64,000 nucleotides of DNA from Flavobacterium sp. (GCF_031422135.1 NZ_JANOQD010000014.1:12969-76968), one strand, 5' to 3'; numbered from the stretch's first letter, positions 48,188 to 59,354 are shown. Numbers and translations are program-made. Notes: generated from the letters alone by a model not told the origin.

Positions 48188-49312
48188 TTGAAAAAAATAT
48201 CAATTGCCTTTATTGAACTCGAAACTCATTCTGCGTTGTTAGAACAATGGTATTTTCTATTGAAGGAAATGAATGGTATCGATTTTCATTTTTTTGTACA
48301 TCAAAAAGTCAAAGAAAAATTAACTGGAATTCCTGAAATTGCAATCACTTTAGTTCTAAATGCTTCCGAAATTGACCCTCAAATAGATGATTTTGATGCT
48401 GTGATTGTGAATACCTTTCATAGAAATTTTGAACAATACCAATATATTTTCAGAAACAAACCAACACTGATATTGATACATAACATCAATTTTAGTTTGT
48501 TTTTTAAGAAGCTTAATTTAAAAAACATCTGGCTCGAAAAAGAACGTTTTGTGTACTATTTGAAATTGTATTTTTTAGAAAAAATAAGTTCTAACCGAAA
48601 GTTCATTCAAAATGCTAGTAATTACGGTGTGCTTTCGCCTAATCTATTGGAAACAATAGCATCAAAAAACAGTAATTTATCTCTAAACACTCAAGTTGTA
48701 TCTTTAAATTATTGTAAAAAATCTTCTTTTAAAACCTCCAAAAGCATTCATATTGTGATGCCTGGTAATGTTTCTAGAAAACGAAAAGATATCGACTTGG
48801 TTTTTGATGTTATTGCTGGGTTGAATCCAAAATCTAAATTGCAATTTACTTTTTTGGGTAAGCCCGAATCAAATGAAATTCTAAATAGAATCGAAAAACT
48901 GAAAGTGACTTGCCATCAAAATATAACGATACAGTATTATTCTAAATTTATTCCGTGGGAAGAATATTCAGATGTGATTTCAAAATCACATTTGTTATTG
49001 TGTCCAATCAAATCCAAAACTTCCTTTTATTGGGTTGATGAGGTGTATGGAAAGACCAAAGTGAGTGGTGCTGAAACGGATTGTATTTATAATGGAAAAG
49101 TGGGATTATTTCCCCAAACGTATCCCAAAATGCATTGGCACAATTTGTATTATGAAAATAGTGTAGATTTGTCTTTTATTTTAAATGAATTAACACTCGA
49201 AAATTTGGAAATGGAATATCAAAAACTAGACCGTTATTTAGACGATTATTCTTTTGAAAAAGTAAAAAATAAACTTGAAAATCAATTACTAGAATTGGCA
49301 AAAGCTCAATAA
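48188..49312 (+). CDS. Putative glycosyltransferase-like protein (GT-B fold?)
   Basis: IVMPGNVSRKRKD and late EEYSDVISKSHLLLCP segment reminiscent of GT-B C-terminal domains; TTG start at 48188; in a polysaccharide cluster. Confidence 0.5.
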   Translation: MKKISIAFIELETHSALLEQWYFLLKEMNGIDFHFFVHQKVKEKLTGIPEIAITLVLNASEIDPQIDDFDAVIVNTFHRNFEQYQYIFRNKPTLILIHNINFSLFFKKLNLKNIWLEKERFVYYLKLYFLEKISSNRKFIQNASNYGVLSPNLLETIASKNSNLSLNTQVVSLNYCKKSSFKTSKSIHIVMPGNVSRKRKDIDLVFDVIAGLNPKSKLQFTFLGKPESNEILNRIEKLKVTCHQNITIQYYSKFIPWEEYSDVISKSHLLLCPIKSKTSFYWVDEVYGKTKVSGAETDCIYNGKVGLFPQTYPKMHWHNLYYENSVDLSFILNELTLENLEMEYQKLDRYLDDYSFEKVKNKLENQLLELAKAQ

Positions 49313-49313
49313 A

Positions 49314-50084
49314 ATGTTGAAATTATTAATCAAATTAGCCTACAATTATTGGCCTTCATTATACAAAAAAAGATACTACAAAACATTAGACTCGCTTTCA
49401 ACAGGAAACTACAAGTGCGAACCAGAATTGTTGTATTTGAATCAAATTTTGAAATCAGACTCTGTTTTTATAGATGTTGGGACTAATAAAGGAATTTATT
49501 TGTATCAAGCTGAAAAAGTAATTAAAACGGGAAAGATATATGGTTTTGAACCTAATAAAACGTTGGTAAATTATATTCAACCCTTGTTCCCAAACTCCAC
49601 GTTATTTACCCAAGCTGTTTCGTCACAAACGGGTGTTTCGGTGCTAAACATTCCAAAAAAGGGATCAACTTTGCAAGACACACGAGCTTCACTAGAAGCT
49701 TTGGGAGATGATGTAGAGCGTATTGAAATTGAAACCACTACGCTCGACGATTGGGCAAAACAGCAAAATTGTACAAAAATTGATGTAGTTAAAATTGATG
49801 TAGAAGGACATGAATTGGATTCAATCAAAGGATGTGGAAAGATTTTAGAGAAAATAAAGCCCATTTTTATTATCGAAATCGAATTGCGTCACGCAAAATA
49901 CCCAATTGAAGAAATTTTTAATTTTATTTTAAATTTTGGTTATGATGTGTTTTATTTCAACCGAAAAACGCTCCAAACTAGTGCTTTTGATTATACAAAA
50001 ATGAATGATTTTCAAAAAGACGAATATCTGAATGATTTTAATTTGTATATCAATAATTTTATATTTATTCCAAATTCAAAATAA
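49314..50084 (+). CDS. FkbM-family methyltransferase
   Basis: FIDVGTNKG, GFEPN, KIDVEGHE. Confidence 0.9.
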   Translation: MLKLLIKLAYNYWPSLYKKRYYKTLDSLSTGNYKCEPELLYLNQILKSDSVFIDVGTNKGIYLYQAEKVIKTGKIYGFEPNKTLVNYIQPLFPNSTLFTQAVSSQTGVSVLNIPKKGSTLQDTRASLEALGDDVERIEIETTTLDDWAKQQNCTKIDVVKIDVEGHELDSIKGCGKILEKIKPIFIIEIELRHAKYPIEEIFNFILNFGYDVFYFNRKTLQTSAFDYTKMNDFQKDEYLNDFNLYINNFIFIPNSK

Positions 50085-51575
50085 ATGGGCGTAGTTGCTA
50101 GGCAAAGTATTAAGTATGGTTTCGTTGGGTATTTCAGTGTTTTGATTGGGATATTCTCGACGCTTTTTATTTATCCTAACGACTTGGAGTTTGCTGGGAA
50201 ATTGCAGTTTATTTTGCCGACAGCCTTACTTATTTTTCCTTTGGTTTCCATAGGGATTATTCCAGCCAATATTCGATTTTTTCCTCGATTGTCAAAAACA
50301 AACGATCATTTTAATTTGCTGAAATTTTCGGCATTGTTCTTAATTTCAAATTTTATTTTTGTTACAATCCTTTTTTTTATTGCCTCTTTTTTGTTTCCTC
50401 GAATTCAAAAAATGGATATTTGGCAAATGGCACTCTATGTTTTTCCTGTATTGTTTATATTATCGCTTATTCAATTGATTTCTAAATACATCTCAATAAA
50501 AAAAAGAATTGTTGTTCCAAATATTTTAGAAAATGTTTTGCCTAAACTGGGAATGATTTCTGCTTTTTTAGCCTATTCGCATTTTAATTTTTCTGAAAAA
50601 AACGCCATTTTAGTTTTTGTCTCTTTCTTTGTTTTGGCTTTGTTTGGAATGGTTGTTTATTTGTTAAAATTAGATGCAATTCCAGCTAAAACCTCATTTC
50701 AATTTTTAAAAGAAAATAATTTTCAAAAGGAATTGTTGACTTTTTCGTTTTACACTTTTTTTGGAAGTTTAGGCTCTGTAGTTGCTTTGAATATTGATAC
50801 CTATATGATTGGCGAATTTTTAGGCTATTCTGATATCGCTATTTACAACACGTCTTTCAATTTGGTGCGTATGATTACAGTTCCAGCTTTGGGCGTGTAC
50901 ACTATTTCGGCACCAATTATTGCGGACTATATCGAAAATAATAAGCTTAAAGAGCTTAAAGATTTGCATCATAAAACGTCATTATATTTGTTTACTTTGG
51001 GAGCGGTTTTGTTTTCGTTGATTGTTGTTGGTATCGATGACTTGTTTCTTTTGATGAAAAATGGAGCAATACTCTCACAAGGTAAAAACGTGATTTATAT
51101 TATGGGATTTGCACTTTTATTTGATTTAGCAACGGGTTTTAATGGATATATTATTACCAATTCAAAATATTATAAGTTTAATAATACGACTACTTTTGCA
51201 CTTGCTTTTTTGACTATTAGTAGTAATTTATTTTTTATTTTTTATCTAAAACTTGGAATTATTGGTGTTGCCACAGCTACATCTATTTCTATCACGTTGT
51301 ATAATGTGATAAAGATTTGGTTTAATTACAAAAAATTTGGTGTACACCCATTCAGTAATCAATACTTTTATAGTATTGGTTTTATTATTTTGTCAATTCT
51401 GATTGGATTTATATTGCCTAATTCTGACAGTAAGTCTCTGAATTTATGTTACAAACCGTTTGTGGTACTGATTTTGTTTTTTGTTGGAAATTCTATTTTT
51501 AAAGTGATTCCAATTGCGGAATTAGTGCCTAAAAAAATCAAACATTTTTTTAGCAGCGGTACACAATCGCATTAA
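50085..51575 (+). CDS. Polysaccharide flippase (Wzx/MOP family)
   Basis: MGVVARQSIK start, about 12-14 hydrophobic segments, IDTYMIG motif. Confidence 0.85.
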   Translation: MGVVARQSIKYGFVGYFSVLIGIFSTLFIYPNDLEFAGKLQFILPTALLIFPLVSIGIIPANIRFFPRLSKTNDHFNLLKFSALFLISNFIFVTILFFIASFLFPRIQKMDIWQMALYVFPVLFILSLIQLISKYISIKKRIVVPNILENVLPKLGMISAFLAYSHFNFSEKNAILVFVSFFVLALFGMVVYLLKLDAIPAKTSFQFLKENNFQKELLTFSFYTFFGSLGSVVALNIDTYMIGEFLGYSDIAIYNTSFNLVRMITVPALGVYTISAPIIADYIENNKLKELKDLHHKTSLYLFTLGAVLFSLIVVGIDDLFLLMKNGAILSQGKNVIYIMGFALLFDLATGFNGYIITNSKYYKFNNTTTFALAFLTISSNLFFIFYLKLGIIGVATATSISITLYNVIKIWFNYKKFGVHPFSNQYFYSIGFIILSILIGFILPNSDSKSLNLCYKPFVVLILFFVGNSIFKVIPIAELVPKKIKHFFSSGTQSH

Positions 51576-52608
51576 TATTCATTCCAGCACCAACGGAGGC
51601 AAAAATAATCACATCCCCTTTATTTAATTCTTGATTTTCTATTTGATTTTTTATCAATAAATCATACAATGTTGGAACGGTAGCTACACTGGAATTTCCA
51701 AGTTTGTGAATGCTCATAGGCATTACACCATCAGGAGGATTTTGATTGTATAATTTAAAAAAGCGATGAATAATGGCTTCGTCCATTTTCTCATTTGCCT
51801 GATGAATTAAGACTTTCTTGACTTCAGAAATAGTAACACCACTTTCTTCGAGACATTCTTTCATTGCTTTTGGGACTTCGATCAATGCAAATTCGTATAT
51901 TTTTCGTCCATACATTTTGATGTAACGAACATCTTCATCTAGATTTTTATTGTATGAATTCCCAAAAAATAAATAATCAGCTTCATTAGTTGCGAAAGTA
52001 GCAGAAGCGTGTGCTAGAATGCCACCTTCTTCATTGCTAGCTTCAATAATTGTTGCACCAGCACCATCAGAATAAATCATACTGTCACGATCGTGAATGT
52101 CTACAACTCTTGATAAAGTTTCGGCGCCAATAACCATACACTTTTTTGCCATTCCAGCCTTGATGAAGGCATTGGCTTGAATTACGCCTTCTATCCAACC
52201 AGGACAACCAAAGAGGATATCGTAAGCAACACATTTTGGGTTTTTAATGGCTAGTTTTTGTTTCACCCTAGCTGCCAAACTAGGTACTGCATCTGCTTGA
52301 ATAGCACGATGTTTTACATTACCAAAATTGTGTGCAAAAATGATATAATCTAAAGTTTCGGGGTCAATTTTGGCGTCTTCAATTGCCTTTTGTGCCGCAA
52401 AAAACGCAAGATCTGATGTGACAAGGTTTGAATTAGCATAACGACGTTCCTCGATGCCAGTGATTTGTTTGAATTTTTGGGCAACTACATCATTTGGATA
52501 CGGAAAAGGCGTCCCATCTTCATTTAGAAATTCGTGATTTTCAAAATCTAAATTGGTAACTATTTGATTCGGAATATAGCTTCCAGATCCCGTTATTTTG
52601 ATATTCAT
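51550..52608 (-). CDS. fabH: 3-oxoacyl-ACP synthase III family protein
   Basis: ITGSGSYIP, catalytic FGCPGW, HQANEK, GNSS. Confidence 0.88.
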   Translation of the reverse strand: MNIKITGSGSYIPNQIVTNLDFENHEFLNEDGTPFPYPNDVVAQKFKQITGIEERRYANSNLVTSDLAFFAAQKAIEDAKIDPETLDYIIFAHNFGNVKHRAIQADAVPSLAARVKQKLAIKNPKCVAYDILFGCPGWIEGVIQANAFIKAGMAKKCMVIGAETLSRVVDIHDRDSMIYSDGAGATIIEASNEEGGILAHASATFATNEADYLFFGNSYNKNLDEDVRYIKMYGRKIYEFALIEVPKAMKECLEESGVTISEVKKVLIHQANEKMDEAIIHRFFKLYNQNPPDGVMPMSIHKLGNSSVATVPTLYDLLIKNQIENQELNKGDVIIFASVGAGMNINAIVYRC

Positions 52609-52732
52609 TTGGAAAAATATTTTTTTGCTAAAGTATCAATTATATCTTCTTTTTTATTCAAATGATTTATAATTTATACATTATTACGAAATATTCAATT
52701 AACATTATCTTAATTTATTGATAATATAAAAA

Positions 52733-53110
52733 TTATTGATTTTGTTGAATAATTTTAATTTGCATTATGGTAGCAATACTTAACGCTTGAGTTTTTATTT
52801 TTTCAGAATTTTCGCCTGAAAAATTTTCATCAACAGTTTTATAAAAATGGTTTAGCCAAATATCGAAAAGTTCTTTGGTAAGATGTTCTTTTTTGTCTAT
52901 ATCCAGATGAATTTGAGTCAAATTTTTGGTGTAACCTCCAGTTCCTAAAATGGCTTGGGACCAAAATGTCACTAAAATAGGTAAATGTTCTTCAATTTTA
53001 ATTTTTACAACATCGGTGAAAATATAACTTATAGATTTATCTGAGAGTAGTTTTTTATAAAATTCGTCTACTAATACATATAAATCTTCTTGATTTTGAA
53101 TGTCTTTCAT
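52733..53110 (-). CDS. Group III truncated hemoglobin
   Basis: LVDEFYKK, HLPILVTFWSQ, H...F..WL..F pattern. Confidence 0.88.
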   Translation of the reverse strand: MKDIQNQEDLYVLVDEFYKKLLSDKSISYIFTDVVKIKIEEHLPILVTFWSQAILGTGGYTKNLTQIHLDIDKKEHLTKELFDIWLNHFYKTVDENFSGENSEKIKTQALSIATIMQIKIIQQNQ

Positions 53111-53123
53111 TAAGGTTGTTCTA

Positions 53124-54980
53124 TTATTTAACTCGTTTGTCTAATTCCGATTTTGGAAGATGTAATAATCTTCCCAGTTGTTTCCCATCTCTAAAAGTGG
53201 TAGCTCGCAATATTATTTTTGTATTTGGAATTTCAAATGGTACAGTATATATTGTAGATTTTTTGTTCGGAAATGTACTGTCTAGGGTATAATAAATAGT
53301 AGTAGAATTGGTTTCGCACGAAAGTGCACACATTATTTTTTCTCCTTCTTTATATACTTTTATAATTGGGTCATAAACCGCTTTACAAATGTCTATTTCT
53401 TCTTTATCAAAAATGGAAAAGTGATAGTCTATTTTTTTTGAAAAAGCATCCCAATTTTTTGATTCTCTTGGCGACCATAATGATTCTGAAATTGCCAATG
53501 CTCTAGGATAAGTCATATAAAAAGCGTGAGATAAATTTGGGACTTGTTCGGTCCATAAATTGCCTTGTCCTCCAAGGATAAGCTTTTCATCAACGCCATC
53601 AGGAACTGGGTTGAATTCGTACGTTTTTTTTAAAGATAAGTCAGCATATACTGTTTCTTCAATGCTTTTGTCGCCTTGAGTATAATCTAGATAGCAATAT
53701 TGAGTAGGCGACATTACCACTTTATGACCTGCTTTTGCAGCTTCAATCCCACCTTTCATTCCTTGCCAGCTCATTACTGCTGCGCCATCAGCTAATCCTC
53801 CGTATAATATTTCGTCCCAGCCAATCATTTTTTTACCTTTGGAAGTAATAATTTTTTCCACTCGTTTCATAAAGTAAGATTGCAACTCAAGGCTGTTTTT
53901 GAGATTATTGCATTCCATTAATTTTTGACAGTTTTTGTCAGCTTCCCAATAGCCGTGATATGCCTCGTCACCACCTACGTGAATGTATTCGCTAGGGAAT
54001 AATAGTGCCACTTCACCGTATATTTTATCAAGAAAATCATACACATTTTCGTCAGATGGATTTAGAGTGTTTTCTACTAGCATTTTAAATTTTCCTTCGC
54101 CATACCATTCCGAAAATTTGAATCCACAACTTACCATTTTTGGTTCTTTTTTGGTAGACAATTCAGGATAAGCGGCTAGTAGCGCCATACTGTGTCCTGG
54201 AACATCAATTTCAGGAACAATAGTGATGTGTCTTTCTTTAGCATAAGCCACAACTTCCTTTATTTGATCTTGGGTGTAAAATCCACCATAGGTTTTAGGT
54301 TCTGAGGCGGTTGGTGCTTCTCTGGTTCGAAATTTACCGGTTCTTTCTGCTCGCCAAGCACCAATTTCAGTTAGTTTTGGGAGTGATTTTATTTCTATTC
54401 TCCAGCCTTCATCATCAGTCAAATGCCAGTGAAAAACATTAAATTTATAGCGTGACATTAAGTCAATATAGGATTTTACTTCTGCAACTGTAAAAAAATG
54501 GCGACTCACATCTAGCATCAATCCACGCCATCCCATTTTAGGATAATCATTTATAATGCAATTGGTCATTTTTTGATTTTCTGTAAACCAAGGAAAAAGT
54601 TGGTCTAAAGTTTGAATACCTCTAAATATTCCTTCATTTTGTGAAGCGACCAATTCAATTGTGTTATCATTACATTTTATAGAATATTCTTCAGGATTTT
54701 GATTCGAAATATCATTTAGATTGATGTTCAATTCAATTGATTTTATGGTTTGTTTTTCATTTAAGGCAACTTCATAACCTTTTTTTTCTAGTAATTGCTT
54801 GAGATATATTATTTCAAAAGCTAAAGAATCACTCATAGTATTGATGTTGATTTTTTTTGTCAACTCAAATTTTACATCTTTATATTCAATAGTTTGTGGT
54901 TCAGGAATAATGTGATGTTGAGAAAATAGTGATGAACAAAATAGAAGAATCAGAAAAGAAATTTTTTTAGAGAAATTCAT
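53124..54980 (-). CDS. Beta-N-acetylhexosaminidase (GH20) with C-terminal chitobiase-like domain
   Basis: WRGLMLDVSRHF, HWHLTDDEGWR, PEIDVPGH, HVGGDEA; likely start 54980. Confidence 0.92.
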   Translation of the reverse strand: MNFSKKISFLILLFCSSLFSQHHIIPEPQTIEYKDVKFELTKKININTMSDSLAFEIIYLKQLLEKKGYEVALNEKQTIKSIELNINLNDISNQNPEEYSIKCNDNTIELVASQNEGIFRGIQTLDQLFPWFTENQKMTNCIINDYPKMGWRGLMLDVSRHFFTVAEVKSYIDLMSRYKFNVFHWHLTDDEGWRIEIKSLPKLTEIGAWRAERTGKFRTREAPTASEPKTYGGFYTQDQIKEVVAYAKERHITIVPEIDVPGHSMALLAAYPELSTKKEPKMVSCGFKFSEWYGEGKFKMLVENTLNPSDENVYDFLDKIYGEVALLFPSEYIHVGGDEAYHGYWEADKNCQKLMECNNLKNSLELQSYFMKRVEKIITSKGKKMIGWDEILYGGLADGAAVMSWQGMKGGIEAAKAGHKVVMSPTQYCYLDYTQGDKSIEETVYADLSLKKTYEFNPVPDGVDEKLILGGQGNLWTEQVPNLSHAFYMTYPRALAISESLWSPRESKNWDAFSKKIDYHFSIFDKEEIDICKAVYDPIIKVYKEGEKIMCALSCETNSTTIYYTLDSTFPNKKSTIYTVPFEIPNTKIILRATTFRDGKQLGRLLHLPKSELDKRVK

Positions 54981-55107
54981 TTTAGAAAATTTTAATAATT
55001 TTGTTATTGGACTCAAATATTAAATGAATTCAATCAAAGATAAAAACAAATTTCGAGTTTCTTGATGTTTTAAGATTTCTATATAAATTTGTTTCGAAGT
55101 TATAAAA

Positions 55108-55141
55108 AAACCCTTTCAAATTCTAAATTCTGAAAGGGTTT
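55108..55141 (-). terminator. Intrinsic terminator after gcvP
   Basis: AAACCCTTTCA / TGAAAGGGTTT with adjoining A run (U run on the minus strand). Confidence 0.65.
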
Positions 55142-55159
55142 GTGTTTTTATACATATTA

Positions 55160-58009
55160 TTAATTCTCCATATAAGCTTCAATTGGCGCACAACTACAAA
55201 CCAAATTTCTATCGCCATACGCTTCGTCAACTCGACGGACCGTTGGCCAAAACTTATTTTCGGCAATATAATCTAATGGAAATGCTGCTTGTTCACGTGT
55301 GTATGGAAAATTCCAAGTATCAGTTGTAACCATCATTAAAGTATGTGGCGCATTTTTCAAGATATTGTTTTTATCCTCTATTGTGGCAGCCTCAATTTCT
55401 TTACGAATTGAAATCATAGCGTCACAAAAACGATCTAATTCATCTAGATCTTCACTTTCTGTTGGCTCAATCATCAAAGTTCCAGCTACCGGAAAAGAAA
55501 CGGTTGGTGCATGGAAACCATAATCCATTAATCGTTTGGCAATATCAGTTACTTCAATTCCTTTTTCTTTGAATGGGCGACATTCTAGAATCATTTCGTG
55601 AGCCGCACGACCCATTTCACCAGAATATAGCGTGGCATAATGACCGTTTAATCTTTCTTTAATATAATTGGCATTCAAAATAGCGTGTTTGGTAGCACTT
55701 GTTAAACCTTCTGCTCCTAACATACAAATGTATCCGTAAGAAATCAAGCAAGCCAAAGCCGAACCCCAAGGTGCTGCCGAAATTGCAGTAATCGCTGATG
55801 TTCCGCCAGTTTGAATGATTGGATTGGTTGGTAAAAAAGGCACTAACTGTGGCGCTACACATATTGGACCTACACCTGGTCCACCACCTCCGTGAGGAAT
55901 TGCGAATGTTTTATGAAGATTCAAATGGCAAACATCAGCGCCAATAGTTGCAGGATTAGTCAATCCTACCTGAGCGTTCATATTTGCACCATCCATATAG
56001 ACTTGTCCGCCATTGTCGTGAATGAGTTTTGTAATTTCAATAATAGCACTTTCGAAAACACCGTGAGTTGATGGATACGTTACCATCAAACACGAAAGAT
56101 TGTCTTTATGAAGTATTGCTTTTTCCCGTAAATCATCCACATCGATATTTCCGTTTTCCAATGTTTTGGTAACAACTACTTGCATTCCAGCCATTGCTGC
56201 TGAAGCAGGATTGGTGCCGTGGGCTGAAGATGGAATCAAGGCAATATTTCGGTGATAATCGCCACGAGATTGATGATACGCACGAATAACCATCAGTCCT
56301 GCATATTCGCCTTGTGCGCCAGAATTGGGTTGTAAAGTAGTGCCAGCAAAACCAGTGATTACATTCAATTGTTGTTCTAATTTGGTTAACATTTCTTGAT
56401 AACCTTGTGCTTGATCCAGTGGTGCAAATGGGTGAATGTTGTTCCATTGTGCCGTGCTTAATGGCAGCATTTCTGAAGCGGCATTCAATTTCATCGTACA
56501 AGAACCTAGCGAAATCATAGAATGATTCAAAGCTAAATCTTTGCGTTCTAGCATTTTTATGTAACGCATCAAAGCCGATTCGGAATGGTATTTGTTGAAA
56601 ACATCGTGTTTCAAGAATGCTGATTTCCTTTCTAAATTGGATGGAAATTGATTCCCGTTTTGCAATCCTGAAATTGTTGTTGCTTGTTTTCCATTGGCTT
56701 GTGCGAAAATAGAAATAATCGTATTCAAATCGTCAATGGAAACCGTTTCGTTTAATGAAATGGAAATCGTATTGTCGTCGATATAATAAAAGTTAACTTC
56801 GTGTTTTTCTGCAATTTGTTTTACTTTTTTGGCATCGATTTTAATAACAATAGTGTCAAAATAAGCAGAATTGATTTGGTATAAACCTAATTTTTCTAAT
56901 TCGTTTGCCAAAGTTACTGCAGAAGCGTGTACTTTTCCTGCAATATATTGCAATCCTTTTGGTCCGTGGTATACGGCATACATTCCAGCCATAACTGATA
57001 AAAGCACTTGTGCTGTACAAATGTTAGATGTTGCTCTATCACGTTTAATGTGCTGTTCGCGAGTTTGCAATGCCATACGCAAGGCACGATTTCCGTCGGT
57101 ATCGATGGTTACGCCAATGATTCTGCCGGGCATACTGCGTTTGTATTCTTCTTTTGTAGCAAAATAAGCGGCGTGTGGTCCACCATAACCTAGCGGAATT
57201 CCGAAACGTTGTGTAGTTCCAAGAACTACATCAGCTCCGATTTCGCCTGGAGGAGTTAAGATGGCTAAACTCAAAATATCTGCAGCAACAGCCACTTTTA
57301 TTTCGTTTGTTTTTGCTTTTGCGATAAATCCAGCATAATCATGAATTTGTCCGAATTTGCCTGGATATTGAAGGATTGCTCCAAAAAATTGAGTTGAAAA
57401 ATCGAAAGTTTCGTGGTTTCCAACAACCAATTCCACACCAATAGGAGTGGAGCGAGTTTGTAAAACCGATAAGGTTTGTGGTAAAATTTCTTCTGAAACG
57501 AAGAACTTGCAAACATTATTTTTCTTTTGGTCGCGAGATCGAACATCAAAAAGTAACGCCATAGCTTCGGCTGCTGCTGTTCCTTCGTCTAGTAAAGAAG
57601 CGTTTGCAATTTCCATTCCAGATAGTTCAATAACGGTAGTTTGAAAATTCAAAATGGCTTCCAAACGACCCTGAGCAATTTCGGCTTGATATGGGGTGTA
57701 AGCGGTGTACCACCCCGGGTTTTCCAATACATTTCGTTGAATTACAGCTGGAACAATAGCTTGATTGTAACCCAAACCAATATAGGATTGAAAAACTTTA
57801 TTTTTGTTTCCTAAAGCTGCAATGTGCTTTGCAAACTCATATTCGGTCATTGCAGGTGCTAAATCTAAATCTGATTTTAATCGGATATCATCTGGTAGTG
57901 TTTCATAAATAAGTTGTTCTAAAGATTCAACTCCTATGGTTTTCAACATTTTCGGAAGGTCGTTTTCCGTTGTACCAATGTGACGTAAAGCAAAAGCATC
58001 TGTTTTCAT
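55160..58009 (-). CDS. gcvP: Glycine dehydrogenase (decarboxylating), glycine cleavage P protein
   Basis: YTPYQAEIAQGRLE, TSNICTAQ, LGSCTMKLN, HLNLHKTF, MIEPTESE. Confidence 0.97.
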   Translation of the reverse strand: MKTDAFALRHIGTTENDLPKMLKTIGVESLEQLIYETLPDDIRLKSDLDLAPAMTEYEFAKHIAALGNKNKVFQSYIGLGYNQAIVPAVIQRNVLENPGWYTAYTPYQAEIAQGRLEAILNFQTTVIELSGMEIANASLLDEGTAAAEAMALLFDVRSRDQKKNNVCKFFVSEEILPQTLSVLQTRSTPIGVELVVGNHETFDFSTQFFGAILQYPGKFGQIHDYAGFIAKAKTNEIKVAVAADILSLAILTPPGEIGADVVLGTTQRFGIPLGYGGPHAAYFATKEEYKRSMPGRIIGVTIDTDGNRALRMALQTREQHIKRDRATSNICTAQVLLSVMAGMYAVYHGPKGLQYIAGKVHASAVTLANELEKLGLYQINSAYFDTIVIKIDAKKVKQIAEKHEVNFYYIDDNTISISLNETVSIDDLNTIISIFAQANGKQATTISGLQNGNQFPSNLERKSAFLKHDVFNKYHSESALMRYIKMLERKDLALNHSMISLGSCTMKLNAASEMLPLSTAQWNNIHPFAPLDQAQGYQEMLTKLEQQLNVITGFAGTTLQPNSGAQGEYAGLMVIRAYHQSRGDYHRNIALIPSSAHGTNPASAAMAGMQVVVTKTLENGNIDVDDLREKAILHKDNLSCLMVTYPSTHGVFESAIIEITKLIHDNGGQVYMDGANMNAQVGLTNPATIGADVCHLNLHKTFAIPHGGGGPGVGPICVAPQLVPFLPTNPIIQTGGTSAITAISAAPWGSALACLISYGYICMLGAEGLTSATKHAILNANYIKERLNGHYATLYSGEMGRAAHEMILECRPFKEKGIEVTDIAKRLMDYGFHAPTVSFPVAGTLMIEPTESEDLDELDRFCDAMISIRKEIEAATIEDKNNILKNAPHTLMMVTTDTWNFPYTREQAAFPLDYIAENKFWPTVRRVDEAYGDRNLVCSCAPIEAYMEN

Positions 58010-58148
58010 ATTGTAATAAAAAGTGTTGTGTTTTTTGAAAGTACAAATTTATAGATAATTATCAAAAACAACTGCTTTTTGACGGTCTATTTCTGTCATT
58101 TTTTCAACTAAAAGCATTTCTTATTAACAGTTTGATTAATTTTGTTGA

Positions 58149-58919
58149 ATGAGAATTTTAAAGGAAGGATTAGATTTTTATATAAACACAAGCATTCACG
58201 TTGCTATTGCAGTTTATGCCTTAGTACAAATCACAAAATTATCTTTAAATGTTTCGACAAATTTGAATTTGGATTATTTCATTTTTTTTGGAACAATTGT
58301 TGGTTATAATTTCTTAAAATATTTTGAAATATTTTGGGTTAGAGTTTTAAATTTTAAAAATAGTTATTCAATTTTTTTGGTTAGTTTGATAGCTATTTTT
58401 GGAATGATTTATTATTTTTTTAAGCTGGAATTGGATTTTAAAGTATCGTTTTTGAAAATAGGATTTGTCGTTTTATGGTATCCGTTTTTGAGGAAATATG
58501 GATTGCTAAAAATGTTTGTAGTGGCATTTTGTGTGACCTACATCAGTCTTTATATTCCTTTATCTCATTATGGTTTTAAAGGGAACGATATTTTTGTTTT
58601 TTTACTTCAAAGGTTTTTGATTGTGATTTGTCTTTTAGTTCCTTTAGAAATTGTTGATGTTGAAAAAGATGCCAAAACGATAATTACGTTACCCCAAAAA
58701 ATAGGAATTCAGAATACAAAGTTTTTAGGCTATTTTTTGTTGATTTTATTATTGGTGATAGATTTTTTTGTGCTCAAATTTTATATTGAAGTGGTTGTTG
58801 CAATTGTCATTTCCATTTTTATTTTCTTTTCAAATGAAAAGCGATCTAAATATTATGTTTCTTTTTGGGTAGAAAGTATTCCTGTTTTTTGGTGGTTTTT
58901 ACTTTTGATTTTCAGCTAA
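58149..58919 (+). CDS. Hypothetical integral membrane protein (UbiA-like)
   Basis: Multiple TM segments; PLEIVDVEKD...TLPQKIG segment. Confidence 0.6.
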   Translation: MRILKEGLDFYINTSIHVAIAVYALVQITKLSLNVSTNLNLDYFIFFGTIVGYNFLKYFEIFWVRVLNFKNSYSIFLVSLIAIFGMIYYFFKLELDFKVSFLKIGFVVLWYPFLRKYGLLKMFVVAFCVTYISLYIPLSHYGFKGNDIFVFLLQRFLIVICLLVPLEIVDVEKDAKTIITLPQKIGIQNTKFLGYFLLILLLVIDFFVLKFYIEVVVAIVISIFIFFSNEKRSKYYVSFWVESIPVFWWFLLLIFS

Positions 58920-59354
58920 ATTTTTCAAAACCTTATTTCTTTCCATAATGAAATGGGTTAAATGTTTTTTCAAAAACAAAGCATTAAACAATTTTCCAAT
59001 TATTCCGAAAGGCGTTTCATATTCCAAGTTGTCAGTCATAATTGTTTTGTTATTTTTTTCTTCAAAAAAATGTTCGTGCTTGAACGATTTGAATTTTCCT
59101 TCTTCCATTTCATCTACAAAATAATCGTAAAAATTCATTGCTGTCATTCTGCTTTTGTGAGTAAGATAAAATCCAAAATGTTTACCCCTCCATGTAACGG
59201 TTTCATTAAGATTTATCAATCCAGAAGTTACGCCTGCAATTGCGGTTTCATTAGTGTTGCTTGCTGAATCTTGATGAACGTCAATATTTCTAGACAAGTC
59301 AAAAACGATTTGTTTTGGTGCATTTATGATGGTTGTGAGATGAATGGCTGTCAT
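58899..59354 (-). CDS. SRPBCC/START-like family protein
   Basis: VFDLSRNIDVH...FVDEMEEGKFKSFKHEH. Confidence 0.8.
   Translation of the reverse strand: MTAIHLTTIINAPKQIVFDLSRNIDVHQDSASNTNETAIAGVTSGLINLNETVTWRGKHFGFYLTHKSRMTAMNFYDYFVDEMEEGKFKSFKHEHFFEEKNNKTIMTDNLEYETPFGIIGKLFNALFLKKHLTHFIMERNKVLKNLAENQK

Noticed and set aside
58010-58148. Glycine riboswitch upstream of gcvP
   Set aside because: The region is only ~140 bp, AT-rich, shared with a divergent gene, and has no recognisable aptamer motifs.
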